Positions 23,349 to 33,451 of a DNA stretch of 64,000 nucleotides are shown in pieces (within the stretch, counting starts at the first letter, position 1; each line of letters opens with the position of its first letter). The notes below the pieces were generated by a model. The model was not told the origin of the DNA. It did not search any database and was given only the letters and a program-made list of their open reading frames with translations. The DNA is from Planctomycetota bacterium (lineage in GTDB: Bacteria > Planctomycetota > GCA-002687715 > DRQF01), in the NCBI GenBank assembly GCA_036479435.1, contig JAZGFI010000243.1, forward strand, positions 1-64,000, given 5' to 3'. The position numbers were made by a program, and so were the translations under genes.

Positions 23349-23693
23349 ATGAGCATCAAATTGATCTTTAGCGGCGCCTTGATGGTACTGGCCCTCGCGG
23401 CTCTTGCGCCCTCGCTTAGTGCGCAACACTTGGACGTCCACTTTGGCGGCGATGGCGGCGGCTTCGGCATCAGCATTGGAAGCGACCATAGCTACTACGA
23501 CGGCGGCCACCGTTATCATCGAAGTTACCATCGAAGCAGCCATCGCTACCAACGTCACTACGGCCATCGCAGTTACCGCCGCAGTTACCAACGCGGCTAC
23601 GGCCAGCGCAGCTACCGTCGTAGTTACCAACGCGGCTACAGGAACTACCGCCGCAGCTACCGTTCTTCATACCGCAGCGGTTGCCGTTACTAA
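23349..23693 (+). CDS. Small secreted Arg/Tyr/Ser/His-rich repeat protein
   Basis: AGGAG RBS; signal peptide ending LSA-Q; RSYRRSYQRGY repeats. Confidence 0.8.
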   Translation: MSIKLIFSGALMVLALAALAPSLSAQHLDVHFGGDGGGFGISIGSDHSYYDGGHRYHRSYHRSSHRYQRHYGHRSYRRSYQRGYGQRSYRRSYQRGYRNYRRSYRSSYRSGCRY

Positions 23694-23741
23694 TTCACGA
23701 AGCTGAGGCAAAGTGGGCGGGCGCGACCTCGCGCTCGCCTC

Positions 23742-23797
23742 AAAAAAAACAGCGCCAGCGCTCTTCATCATCGAAGGACGCTGGCGCGGCTTATTTG
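23742..23797. terminator. Probable bidirectional intrinsic terminator
   Basis: Stem gcgccagcg (23752-23760)/cgctggcgc (23779-23787) with an A8 run on the left and ttattt on the right, between convergent genes. Confidence 0.6.
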
Positions 23798-23811
23798 GGT
23801 TCGTTCTCGGT

Positions 23812-24468
23812 TTAAGAACGCGGCATGAGCGTGACGTGGTGAATCTTTTTGGTTTCGGCGTTAGCGAACCAAAACTCCCGTTTTCCGGTGAAAGCGATGC
23901 CGGTCGGGCGTCCTTCGAGTTCGTAGGACATCAATTCAGTACCGGTGTTGGGATCGACGAGACGAACCAATTGGTTGTCCGAGTCGGTGTACCACAGACG
24001 GCGGTGATCGTACCCGAGGCCGAGGATGTTCTTTTCGACCGGGTGGGTCTTCAAGATGGTGCCGTCTTCGACGCGGATGCGGCGAAGCTGCGAGTCACCA
24101 TGGACCGTGATCCACAGGTCGTGACCGTCGTAGCAGATGCCCGCGAACTTGCCTTCACCGAGGTCGCAAGCCAAGGCCATGACGATCGTGCCGTTTTCCG
24201 GGTCGATCTGGGACACGGTCTTGGTGCGGTTGTCAGCCTGCCAAAGGTGCTTCCCGTCCCAGGCGCAACCCGCGACTTCCCCATCGAAAGGAATCGTCAG
24301 CAGCACGTTGCCGTTTTCGGGATTGATCTTGCTGATGCGCTTTTCTTCGTCATCAGAGCACCAAAGAGTCTTTTCTTCGCGATCCCAGCTGAGTCCGAAA
24401 GGCGAGACGCCTGGCGCGTCAATGGTGTGATTGATGCGAAAGCGATTGATCGTCGCGGTTTGTTCCAT
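23812..24468 (-). CDS. Small beta-propeller protein (NHL/Vgb/glutaminyl-cyclase-like fold)
   Basis: About 5 repeats of G-x-x-(W/Y)D-G-x-x-LW...IDPENG; no signal peptide. Confidence 0.7.
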   Translation of the reverse strand: MEQTATINRFRINHTIDAPGVSPFGLSWDREEKTLWCSDDEEKRISKINPENGNVLLTIPFDGEVAGCAWDGKHLWQADNRTKTVSQIDPENGTIVMALACDLGEGKFAGICYDGHDLWITVHGDSQLRRIRVEDGTILKTHPVEKNILGLGYDHRRLWYTDSDNQLVRLVDPNTGTELMSYELEGRPTGIAFTGKREFWFANAETKKIHHVTLMPRS

Positions 24469-24749
24469 GAATTAGATATCCGTTTGAGTTAGCGCGATCG
24501 TGCGCGATCGCGGGGGTCTGGTTCGCCCGCTCTGCCGTTTATCGGATTAGCGGAGGGTTATGGCCGGCGGTGCGTTTGTCGGAAGTCCCGAAGCAATAAG
24601 TACTTCCGAACCCATACCAGACCGTGGCGGTCGGCATTGTAGCAATCCCATTTCCTGGCCCAAGACTAGGAACTAGAAGGCTTTAAGCTCGTTCCCAACG
24701 ACTGAGCCAGATTCAGGGCTCAGCTCGATCCTCCACAACGAAGCTGGAT

Positions 24750-25961
24750 CTAGGGCTCAGCTCGGTCTTTCAAAAACAGGTAAAAAAGCCGCCCTTCGTG
24801 CTTCGTGTAGCCCGCCAGGGTTTCGGCCTTCGGTCCGGTGCCCATGAAAATGTCGCAGCGACCGGCGGATCGAATCGCGCCTCCGGTGTCTTGGTCGCAA
24901 ACCAAAGACACAAAGGGCTCGAAACTCATCTTGCCCGCGCGATCCATGCGAGGCGCGGTGGTCGACACCGCGCAGGGCGCTCCGCGCGGGAAAATGGCCT
25001 TGTCGGTGGCGATGCTGTGAAAAGGCGTGACCGCAGCGCCCAGACTGCCGAAGGGGCCGCCCGGCGGGTACTCGGCGAAGAATACAAAGCTCTCGTTGCG
25101 ATGCAGGTATCCCTCTATCTCCCCCGGATGAGCGTCGAAATAGCGCCGGATCGCCGTCAAAGAGAGTTCTTCCTCGTCGATCTTTTGGTCTTTGACGAGT
25201 TCTTTGCCGAGACTCGTGTACTCGCGGTCGGTTTTCCCGGCGTAGCCCAAGTAAAGCTCGCCACCCCGCGGCAGCTCGATCTTCGCCGAACCCTGAACGT
25301 GCACGATGAACACTTCGAGCGGGCTTTTCAGATAGACCAACTCAAGGCGTTTGCCCTTCAAAAGCCCGCCGTTCTCGATCTCCGCCCGGCTGGGGTAGCT
25401 CACGATCTGTTCGCCTACCCGCTGCCCTCGAGGCCTGCCATCGGCATCTTTCACGAGATCGTCGGGGAGCGCGTAAATGGGATGCTGGTAGGGGCCCTGA
25501 GCCGTTCTCGATCCCTGAAAAATCGGCTGGCAGTAACCCGTAAACAAGACATCGCCGCTGCCGTCCCAACCGACAGAGCGGTAAACATCGAAATCCTTGA
25601 TGGCGAATCCCGAGAACTCCTGGGGAGATTGAGTGCGGGTCAGCAACTCCTTCAGGCCTGTCAAGCTCGCCACGACGCGGGCGTGCGTGAAGTCCTCGAA
25701 GGGATACCACTGCTGGCTGGAAGGTTTTGAGAAGAACTTAAGGCTCTCCTCGATCGCGGCTAGGGCCCCTTTACGATCCTGATACATCTCGCGGAAATCG
25801 GGGTAGTCCGCCAAGTCCGTCACTAGCTCCAAAGCACTTTGGCCCGGAGCTAAGGCCCGGCTGTAGTCAGGCTTCTCTTCTTTTTTTCGCTGGGTCGCGC
25901 AGGACACGAAGGCCAAAGAAAGAGCGATCAATGACAGGCCAATTCCTCGGCATAAACTCAT
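24750..25961 (-). CDS. mltA: Membrane-bound lytic murein transglycosylase A (lipoprotein)
   Basis: Lipobox FVSC; LFTGYC, HVQGS, SIATD and DQDTGGAIR...RCDIFMG (3D domain). Confidence 0.9.
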   Translation of the reverse strand: MSLCRGIGLSLIALSLAFVSCATQRKKEEKPDYSRALAPGQSALELVTDLADYPDFREMYQDRKGALAAIEESLKFFSKPSSQQWYPFEDFTHARVVASLTGLKELLTRTQSPQEFSGFAIKDFDVYRSVGWDGSGDVLFTGYCQPIFQGSRTAQGPYQHPIYALPDDLVKDADGRPRGQRVGEQIVSYPSRAEIENGGLLKGKRLELVYLKSPLEVFIVHVQGSAKIELPRGGELYLGYAGKTDREYTSLGKELVKDQKIDEEELSLTAIRRYFDAHPGEIEGYLHRNESFVFFAEYPPGGPFGSLGAAVTPFHSIATDKAIFPRGAPCAVSTTAPRMDRAGKMSFEPFVSLVCDQDTGGAIRSAGRCDIFMGTGPKAETLAGYTKHEGRLFYLFLKDRAEP

Positions 25962-26095
25962 GGCATTCCCCCAACCGCAGCACACGGCTTCGTCATCATA
26001 GCTTTTGCAGTGACGACTTGTGCTGGTACGGCTTGGGGCCGTCGGAACTGAGCCGTAGCATGGCGTCATCAAGTCCCTTTCCATTTGAGGCCCCC

Positions 26096-28009
26096 ATGCC
26101 CACAAAGCCCTTTCTTGAAGAACTCTCCGAGCGCCCCATGGTGATCGATGGGGCCATGGGTACACGCCTTTACGAATCGGGCTACTTCATCAACCACAGC
26201 TTCGATGAAGCGAACCTCCGCAAGCCCGAATCCGTTTTGGCTTGCCATCGAGACTACGCGAGCGCAGGCGCCGACGTCCTTGAGACGAATACCTTTAGCG
26301 CGAATCGCTTTTTGTTGGCGCGCTACGGAATCGCCGATGAAGCCACCGAAATCAACCGAGCGGGCGTAGCCTTGGCCCGGGAGGCAGCTCAAGACAATTG
26401 CTACGTCTCGGGCTCCGTAGGTCCGACCGGAGAGGGTCTGGCCTGGCTGTCCGCCAATAAGCAGCAAGAAATCCGCGCGGCTTTTGATGAGCAGGTTGCA
26501 GCCCTCGTCGAATCCGGCGTCGACCTCATCGTGCTCGAGACTTTTTACAACTTGGACGAGATGCGCTTGGCCTTGGAATCGGTTCGCGCCCATTTCAAAG
26601 GGGCGGTTGTCGCCCAAATGTCTTTTCTTGAAACCAAAACTCTCCGCGATGGCACGCCACCGCCGGCGGTCGCGGGTCAGTTGATCGAATGGGGAGCCGA
26701 CGTCGTAGGCGTCAATTGCGCCCAGGGCCCCGCAATCGTTTTTGACGTCGCCGTCGAAATGGTCGGCCTCGGTGCCCCGGTCAGCGCCCAACCCAACGCC
26801 GGTCTCCCCCGCCGCCTCGACGAGCGCACCATCTACATGTCGACGCCGGAATATTTCGGAGTCTTCGCGAAGCGCTTTTACAAAGCCGGCGTGCGCTTGG
26901 TCGGCGGCTGTTGCGGCACCGGTCCCGAACACATCGAGCGCATCCGCGATGCTTGCCAGATGATGGGTGGCCGGCGCAGCAGCAGCCGAAGCTCCCAAAC
27001 TCGAATCGAAATCAAGATGGAGACGCCCAACCAGGTCGATCCCATCCCGCTCGAAGAAAAGTCAAAACTTGGCGCCAAAGTCCACCGCGTCTGGAAAGAA
27101 CGCATCGACCCCAAAGGTCCGCGCAAAGCCGTCACCGGACCCGACAACTTTGTCGTCAGTGTCGAAGTCAACCCCCACCCCGGACTGTCGACCGCAAAGG
27201 CCGTCGCCGGCGCGAAGCTCTTGCGCGACGCGGGCGTCGACGTCATTAACATCGCGGATGGACCTCGCGCCGTAGTCCGCATGGCCAACTGGGCTTTAGG
27301 ACTGACCGTGCAACGCGAACTCGACATGGAGTTCATCTTGCACGTCTGCTGCCGCGATCGAAACCTTTTGGGTCTGCAAGCTGACTTGCTCGGCGCCCAC
27401 GTCATGGGCATTCGCAACCTCGTGATTATCACCGGAGACCCGCCCAAGATGGGCGACTACCCCAAGGCCACGGCCGTCTTTGACCTCGACTCGGTGGAGC
27501 TGCTCAAACTTGTCGACTCCCTCAATCGCGGCTTCGACCCCACGGGCAAGGCCTTCGATGAAACGACCGCGTTCTTTTCGTCTTGCGGCGCCGAACCGGG
27601 CTCGCTTGACTACGACCGCGAGCTCGAGCGGCTCGCAAAAAAGATCGCCAACGGCGCAGAGATGATCATGACGCAGCCGGTCTACGACCCCGCAATCCTC
27701 GAGCGTTTTCTCAACGACACGCGGAGCTTCGAGGTGCCGGTCTTGGTAGGAATCTTGCCTCTCGCCAGCCCGCGCAACGCCGAGTTTTTACACAACGAAG
27801 TTCCCGGCATGCAAATCCCCGAGCCAATCCTTAAGCGCATGCACCAAGCTGGCTCTGGCGATGCCGGCCGCCAAGAGGGAATCCGCATCGCCCAAGACAT
27901 GTTGGAATCCGTCAAGAACGATGTGGTCGGCGCCTACGTCATGCCGCCGTTTTCCCGCTACCAAGCGGCCTTGGACGTCCTCCAAGTCCTGGGTTACGCT
28001 AGCACCTAG
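26096..28009 (+). CDS. yitJ: Bifunctional homocysteine S-methyltransferase / methylenetetrahydrofolate reductase (YitJ-type)
   Basis: DGAMGT, GVNC, PNAGLP and GGCCGTGPEHI, then the MTHFR domain with CCRDRNLLGLQADLLG, TGDPP and FLHNEVPG. Confidence 0.92.
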   Translation: MPTKPFLEELSERPMVIDGAMGTRLYESGYFINHSFDEANLRKPESVLACHRDYASAGADVLETNTFSANRFLLARYGIADEATEINRAGVALAREAAQDNCYVSGSVGPTGEGLAWLSANKQQEIRAAFDEQVAALVESGVDLIVLETFYNLDEMRLALESVRAHFKGAVVAQMSFLETKTLRDGTPPPAVAGQLIEWGADVVGVNCAQGPAIVFDVAVEMVGLGAPVSAQPNAGLPRRLDERTIYMSTPEYFGVFAKRFYKAGVRLVGGCCGTGPEHIERIRDACQMMGGRRSSSRSSQTRIEIKMETPNQVDPIPLEEKSKLGAKVHRVWKERIDPKGPRKAVTGPDNFVVSVEVNPHPGLSTAKAVAGAKLLRDAGVDVINIADGPRAVVRMANWALGLTVQRELDMEFILHVCCRDRNLLGLQADLLGAHVMGIRNLVIITGDPPKMGDYPKATAVFDLDSVELLKLVDSLNRGFDPTGKAFDETTAFFSSCGAEPGSLDYDRELERLAKKIANGAEMIMTQPVYDPAILERFLNDTRSFEVPVLVGILPLASPRNAEFLHNEVPGMQIPEPILKRMHQAGSGDAGRQEGIRIAQDMLESVKNDVVGAYVMPPFSRYQAALDVLQVLGYAST

Positions 28010-29949
28010 TCCGCAAGAATCTTGAATTCAATGAAGTCCGACACTGCGATGGGCCCGGTGCTGCGGTCTGTTCGGTCGTAGCCCACCACCCAAATCCATG
28101 CGCGGTTATCGACTTGCTCGGCCATGAAGTTTGCCGCGCGCAACATCGGAGCGAGGTTTTCCCGATAGCGCGTACCTTTGTCCTCAAAGCCACCGTTGGC
28201 GTACTGAGTCTGGGGAAAGCGCGAAAACAGCATTTCCGCCACCGGGGTGATCAGGTGGATGTCAAGACGCGCCAAGCCCCTGGTGTCGAGTTCCAAACTG
28301 AGGTCTTGCTCTGGTTGCAGCTCGACGAGGCCAGGCTGTGCGGGATGCGAAACATCCAAGCGTTTCATAGCCGCGAGATTGCTCAAGGCGGCATTCAGGA
28401 AGGCCTCCGGAATCACGTCAACTCGACGCTCTTCCCAGTCACACCAAAGCGCGGTGACGGGTTTCCCCTCCGCCAACAACCGAGCCGCAATCGGGGTTTG
28501 AGCTTGGCGATCTCCTTCGAGGTAACGCTGTTCGTACATCAAAGGGTAAACGCGCTTTCTAGCGCTCGAGAATGGCTCGCGCGCCAACTGACCGAGGCCA
28601 GCTTCGAAGTTCGGGCTTTGCTGGTCGTAGGGAATGATGTTGTAGACAAAGACCAATTCGGTCGGCGCCGCGTCGATCTGGGCCCGAATCTCTTCGGTCA
28701 TGGCGGCCGACGCTTCGTAGTTTCCCAACCAAGTCCAAGTCTTGTGGGCGTTGAAAGCGATCAACATCAGCAACGCTATTCCCAAGGGCAGCGGCCAACG
28801 TGAGCGGTACACGCAAACGGCCAGCCCGGCGCCAATGCCCCACAGCACGGTGTGCCAGCGTTGCGAAGATCCGCCCTGAATGACGTGATCAACGTAGAGC
28901 AAGGGTGCGGCGTGAATCACCACAAAGATGCCGAAAAGCCAGCAAAGCCCCCCGGTACGCCGGCGGCCGAACAAGCCAAAAAGTACGATGGCAACAACGA
29001 GGATCAGGCCCGCAATCCGAAGCACACCCCAATCTTCCGTGAAAGTGCCGCTACCCGGAATCAACAATCGAAGCGCCGACTTCGAAATCTCAAGGGCTTG
29101 GTCGGTCATTCCCGGAGCCTTTGGTGTCGGGCCCCAAAGTTCAACGAGCTTGGCGTAGCCGCCACCGAGCGTTCCGAGCACGGCTTGTCGGCACACTAAG
29201 TAAATGCCAAAGGGCATCGCCAAAAACAGCCAGTTCGCAAGGGTCTTTGGGGACCAGCGCCGTTCGTAGATGTCGAACATCGCGATCAAGGCGGGGACAA
29301 ACAATGCCGTTTCGCGAAAGAACACGCCTAGGGTCGCCCAAACTAGAGCCCACCAAGGCCAGGTCTTCAGACTTTCGGGGCCGCGGTCACCGCGCCGACG
29401 AAGACTGTCTTGATAGCGAAAGTATGCCAACACGCTAGCGAAGATGAAGACGGTACAAAGCGAGGTGCAGGCCCCGACTAACCAGGCTACGTTGTTGACG
29501 CACCAAGGCGACAAACCAAACCAGAGCGAACCGAGCACTGCCCCTGATCGCGGCAACACTCGCCGCATGACCAAAAACCCCAGGGCGATCGCCAAGAAAT
29601 GCCAAAGGATGTTGGCGAAGTAGTAGCCTTGCGCTTCCGCACCGAAGATCTTGGCTTCAACGAGGTAAAGGTAGCTGTAGAGCGGCCGGTAGAAATCGAC
29701 GAGGACCGTGTCAAGAAAAGGCTTGGCGAAGGCATCGACGAAGCCCTGAAGCAAGGGTTTCTCGTAGCCCTGGCCAATGAGCCAGGCGTCGTCGCTTTTG
29801 AAACTCATTTGGCGCCGAAAAACGAAAGGCAATACGCAAGCGGCAGCCACAAAGCAGGCCATCATCCACTCGCTAAGCTTAGCTGCGACCGGAGGATTCG
29901 GCGGCGCAGAGGTCTTGGCGCCACTACAGTGCCCAGATTCGGCGTCCAT
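28006..29949 (-). CDS. Polytopic membrane protein, GT-C-like (SDD...FYRPL motif) with soluble C-terminal domain
   Basis: FKSDDAWL and DFYRPL in the first loop, NILWH, RETA; multiple TM helices. Confidence 0.6.
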   Translation of the reverse strand: MDAESGHCSGAKTSAPPNPPVAAKLSEWMMACFVAAACVLPFVFRRQMSFKSDDAWLIGQGYEKPLLQGFVDAFAKPFLDTVLVDFYRPLYSYLYLVEAKIFGAEAQGYYFANILWHFLAIALGFLVMRRVLPRSGAVLGSLWFGLSPWCVNNVAWLVGACTSLCTVFIFASVLAYFRYQDSLRRRGDRGPESLKTWPWWALVWATLGVFFRETALFVPALIAMFDIYERRWSPKTLANWLFLAMPFGIYLVCRQAVLGTLGGGYAKLVELWGPTPKAPGMTDQALEISKSALRLLIPGSGTFTEDWGVLRIAGLILVVAIVLFGLFGRRRTGGLCWLFGIFVVIHAAPLLYVDHVIQGGSSQRWHTVLWGIGAGLAVCVYRSRWPLPLGIALLMLIAFNAHKTWTWLGNYEASAAMTEEIRAQIDAAPTELVFVYNIIPYDQQSPNFEAGLGQLAREPFSSARKRVYPLMYEQRYLEGDRQAQTPIAARLLAEGKPVTALWCDWEERRVDVIPEAFLNAALSNLAAMKRLDVSHPAQPGLVELQPEQDLSLELDTRGLARLDIHLITPVAEMLFSRFPQTQYANGGFEDKGTRYRENLAPMLRAANFMAEQVDNRAWIWVVGYDRTDRSTGPIAVSDFIEFKILAD

Positions 29950-30047
29950 TTCGAAAATTCCTAAGTAATTGCAGCAACGTCAGAAGGCAGTTTAGCCCAC
30001 ACCTCCAGGTTTGCAATTCGAAGCGCTGCAGGCTACCTTGCGCTGCC

Positions 30048-30737
30048 ATGACGAAGCCCTCCCCCATCCTAATCGGAATTGCTGGCGGCTCTGCCTCCGG
30101 TGAGACCCTCATTGCGCGACGTCTCATGGAAGAGATGGGTGAGTGCGGCGTCACCTTGTTGGAACAAGACGCCTACTATCGCGACTTGACCCATTTGAGT
30201 TTCGAAGAGCGAAAGAAAGTCAATTTCGATCACCCTTCGGCCTTTGATATCGAATTGCTTTTAGAGCACGTCGAGTTGCTCCTCAAGGGCGAGTCGGTTG
30301 CAGTCCCTAGTTACGACTACGCCAACCACAATCGTCGGCCCGAAAATCATAAGACTAAGTCAGCTCCCGTCATTATCGTCGAAGGAATCTTGGCCTTTTA
30401 CTTCGAACGCCTCCTTGAGCTCTTTGACATCAAGGTCTACGTCGACACGCCGGACGACATTCGGCTGTTGCGCCGCGTGCGCCGCGACATTCAAAAACGT
30501 GGCCGGGCCCTCGACGATGTCTTGGAACAGTACGAACACGACGTGCGCCCGATGCACGCCAGTTTCGTCGAACCGACCAAACGCTTCGCGGACATCATCG
30601 TGCCGCGGGGCGGCGAAAATCGCATTGCCATCGACATCATTCGCGCCCGCATGCGCGACTTGGTCCGAGACCCGCATAGCGGCCGGCCCGCCGTCAATGA
30701 TGATTTGCCTGAAGGCGGAATCGAAGCAGAAGCCTAA
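30048..30737 (+). CDS. udk: Uridine kinase (Walker A lysine replaced by Glu)
   Basis: IGIAGGSASGET, QDAYY, NFDHPSAFD, IIVEGIL, RRVRRD..RGR and FVEPTKRFADIIVP. Confidence 0.9.
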   Translation: MTKPSPILIGIAGGSASGETLIARRLMEEMGECGVTLLEQDAYYRDLTHLSFEERKKVNFDHPSAFDIELLLEHVELLLKGESVAVPSYDYANHNRRPENHKTKSAPVIIVEGILAFYFERLLELFDIKVYVDTPDDIRLLRRVRRDIQKRGRALDDVLEQYEHDVRPMHASFVEPTKRFADIIVPRGGENRIAIDIIRARMRDLVRDPHSGRPAVNDDLPEGGIEAEA

Positions 30738-30766
30738 TACCTAAGAGACTGGGGTTCGACGCGGCC

Positions 30767-32140
30767 ATGAAAAAAGTTCTCGTTCTCAACGTCGTGGGGC
30801 TTTCGCCGCGACACCTCGGGCCTCACACCCCTCATCTCAGCGCCCTCGCCGAACAAGGCTTTGCCGCCCCTTTGCAGGGTGTTCTTCCCGCTCTGACTTG
30901 CAGCGCCCAATCGACCATGTTGACGGGCGCTCCGCCCAAAGACCACGGCATCGTGGGCAACGGTTGGTATTTTCGCGACCTCGCTCAGGTTTGGCTTTGG
31001 CGGCAGTCCAACCATCTGGTGAAGGGCGAAAAACTCTGGGACGTCGCCCGCAAGCGCAACAAACACTGCACGACCATGAACATGTTCTGGTGGTACAACA
31101 TGTACGCCAACGTGGATTGGTACCTAACGCCGCGCCCGCTCTACATGGCCGACGGCCGAAAACTTCCGGGCATCTACGGCGCTCCCGCCGATTTCCGGCA
31201 AGAAGTCGAAGACAAACTCTCTACTTTTCCGCTTTTTGACTTCTGGGGCCCCCGAGCCGGTATCAAGTCTTCGCGCTGGATCACCGACGCAACTCTCTAC
31301 GGGATGAAGGCCAAAGACCCGACGATCACGCTTTGCTACCTTCCCCACTTGGACTACGACTTACAACGTTTTGGCCCGCGCGACGCGCGCATTGACCGCG
31401 CGCTCAAAGAGGTCGACGCCTGTGCGGGCAAACTCATCGACTATGCACGCGAAAGTGGTCGCGAGATATTGGTCGTCTCGGAGTACGGCATCAGCGAAGT
31501 CAGAGACGCGGTCCACATCAACCGCGCTCTTCGCCAAGCCGGGTTTTTGGCAACCACGCCCAAGCTTAGCGGCGAAGATCTCGACGCCGGAGCTTCTCGC
31601 GCCTTTGCCGTCGCCGACCATCAGATCGCACACGTCTACGTCAAAAACCTCGAAGACCAAGCCGCCGTCAAAAGCCTTCTTGAGAACCTCGACGGTGTCG
31701 AGCGAGTCTTGGATCGCCGCGAGCAATCCCTTTTTGGTATCGATCACCAAAGGTCCGGCGAGTTCGTTGCCATCTCCGATTCCGACCGATGGTTTAGCTA
31801 CTACTTTTGGTTGGACGACGCCAAGGCTCCGGACTACGCCCGCACCGTCGACATTCACTCCAAACCCGGCTACGACCCGGTCGAGCTCTTCACCGACCCC
31901 GAGATCAAAGCCCTGCCTCTGCGCATCGCCGGCAAGATCCTAAAAAAGAAGTTGGGGTTTCGGATGACCATGAACGTCATCCCCCTCGAAACCCGATTCG
32001 TAAAAGGCTCTCACGGCCGTCTCGAAACCAAGCCCGCCGACGGCCCCATCATCATCTGCTCACGCGCTACCGACGTCGAACCACGCTTCGAAATGCAGGA
32101 CATCCGCGACTGCATCTTAGAACTCGCGGACTTGGGTTAG
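30767..32140 (+). CDS. Alkaline phosphatase superfamily nucleotide pyrophosphatase (EboF-like)
   Basis: LNVVGL, PALTCSAQST, HGIVGNGWY, YLPHLDYDLQR, DIHSKPGYDPVELF and KGSHG. Confidence 0.85.
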   Translation: MKKVLVLNVVGLSPRHLGPHTPHLSALAEQGFAAPLQGVLPALTCSAQSTMLTGAPPKDHGIVGNGWYFRDLAQVWLWRQSNHLVKGEKLWDVARKRNKHCTTMNMFWWYNMYANVDWYLTPRPLYMADGRKLPGIYGAPADFRQEVEDKLSTFPLFDFWGPRAGIKSSRWITDATLYGMKAKDPTITLCYLPHLDYDLQRFGPRDARIDRALKEVDACAGKLIDYARESGREILVVSEYGISEVRDAVHINRALRQAGFLATTPKLSGEDLDAGASRAFAVADHQIAHVYVKNLEDQAAVKSLLENLDGVERVLDRREQSLFGIDHQRSGEFVAISDSDRWFSYYFWLDDAKAPDYARTVDIHSKPGYDPVELFTDPEIKALPLRIAGKILKKKLGFRMTMNVIPLETRFVKGSHGRLETKPADGPIIICSRATDVEPRFEMQDIRDCILELADLG

Positions 32141-32385
32141 CTTGCCCTTCCCCATTTTTGAGACGATGTCAGCCTTCCTAACTTGGGCTGGGTACGGCCA
32201 AAGCCGCAGCCCAGTATCTTCGCCCTGCACCGCCAAAGCTGCGAAGTACCAGGCCCTTGGCTGAGCGGTAGATGGCGTCAAATCGACGGTTGTCCCACAT
32301 GAACGGCTAGTGATACTCAAGCCTCACTACAAATTTCGGGTCCCGAGAATCTGCGCGGGCAAAGCTGACGATAGGCTTTGGAAAA

Positions 32386-32985
32386 TTGGTCCCGGCAAGC
32401 CCCAATGAAGGTGTCCTTTTCGGTGCGCCAGCTTCGCCTGGCTCACCGAAAAGGACACTAAAGATGGGGTCATCAAGATCGCCGAACTCGCACCGCAAGC
32501 CAGAACAATCATGTTGGTGGCACCGAATTGTCAACAAGAACGTGTCGATGTTTCCGGGCGCGCCGGGCAGACGATTCGCGTCAAGCTGACGCCGGCCGGA
32601 AGCCTCCGAGTCAAACTCCGAGACGAGCCGGGCGACGCCGTTGTTTGCCGTCGAGTTTCGATCTTTTCGCAGAAGCCCTTGTTTGGACGAAGTGGCAAAA
32701 GACCATCCAAATCCCGGGCCCTTCTCGCGGGACGCGGAAACCCGCAAGACCTCTTCATTTCAGATTCCCAAGTCGAATTGTTTTCTCGACGGACTCAATG
32801 CTGAAGTCGAATTTCGCCTCCAAGTCTCAACCCATCTCGAACGAGTTTTGGCGAGTACCGACCCAAAGGTTTTGAGTAACCTTGTTGACGACACGATCAC
32901 TTTGATTGTGCCTCAGATGTTGAGCACCCCATTCACGGCCGGGTCGTCGATGAGCTGGGACAAGCTCTATCCGGCGTCAAAATAG
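32386..32985 (+). pseudogene. Frameshifted remnant of a carboxypeptidase-regulatory-like domain protein
   Basis: Overlapping short ORFs in different frames (LVAPNCQQERVDV...IRVKLTPAGSLRVKLRDEPG; FLDGLNAEVEFRLQV) echo segments of the 36158-38236 protein. Confidence 0.35.
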
Positions 32986-33451
32986 CTGTCCAACTCTCAC
33001 AACTCTCATCCGGCGTCTCTTTAGTCTTGGCAACCACGAACGCCCACGGTGACTTCCGCATCACTGAGTTGGAAAGCCCGTTCATAACCTTGAAGGCCTC
33101 CACGCGAGGCTATGAGGATGCCCAACTCGACAAAGTCTCGCGGGATGCCCAAACCCGGACTTTGCACTTCGAATTGAGGCGCAAGCGGCGCTAGGCCGCC
33201 GATTACCCGCCATTTCGGCGGCCCCCCCCCCCAGCCAAAGCCCGATTTCGAGGCCACACCCAAAATAGTGCGTTTTCTTTATACCGATGTGCGAAAGTGA
33301 GCGTCTCTATTTTTGGAGACGAGAATGGAAGCCTTCCCGGGCGCGGCGCAAAGTCGAACCGGGAAGCTGTGGATAGCTATCGACAACGTTTTGCACCGTG
33401 CAGCGCGCTGAACTTTGGGCGCGGTCGCCGAACGTTCAGGGAGAAACCCAC

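Noticed and set aside
25962..26095. SAM/SAH riboswitch upstream of the yitJ-like gene
   Set aside because: Hairpins are present, but I could not find the conserved cores of SAM-I, SAM-II, SAM-IV or SAH riboswitches.
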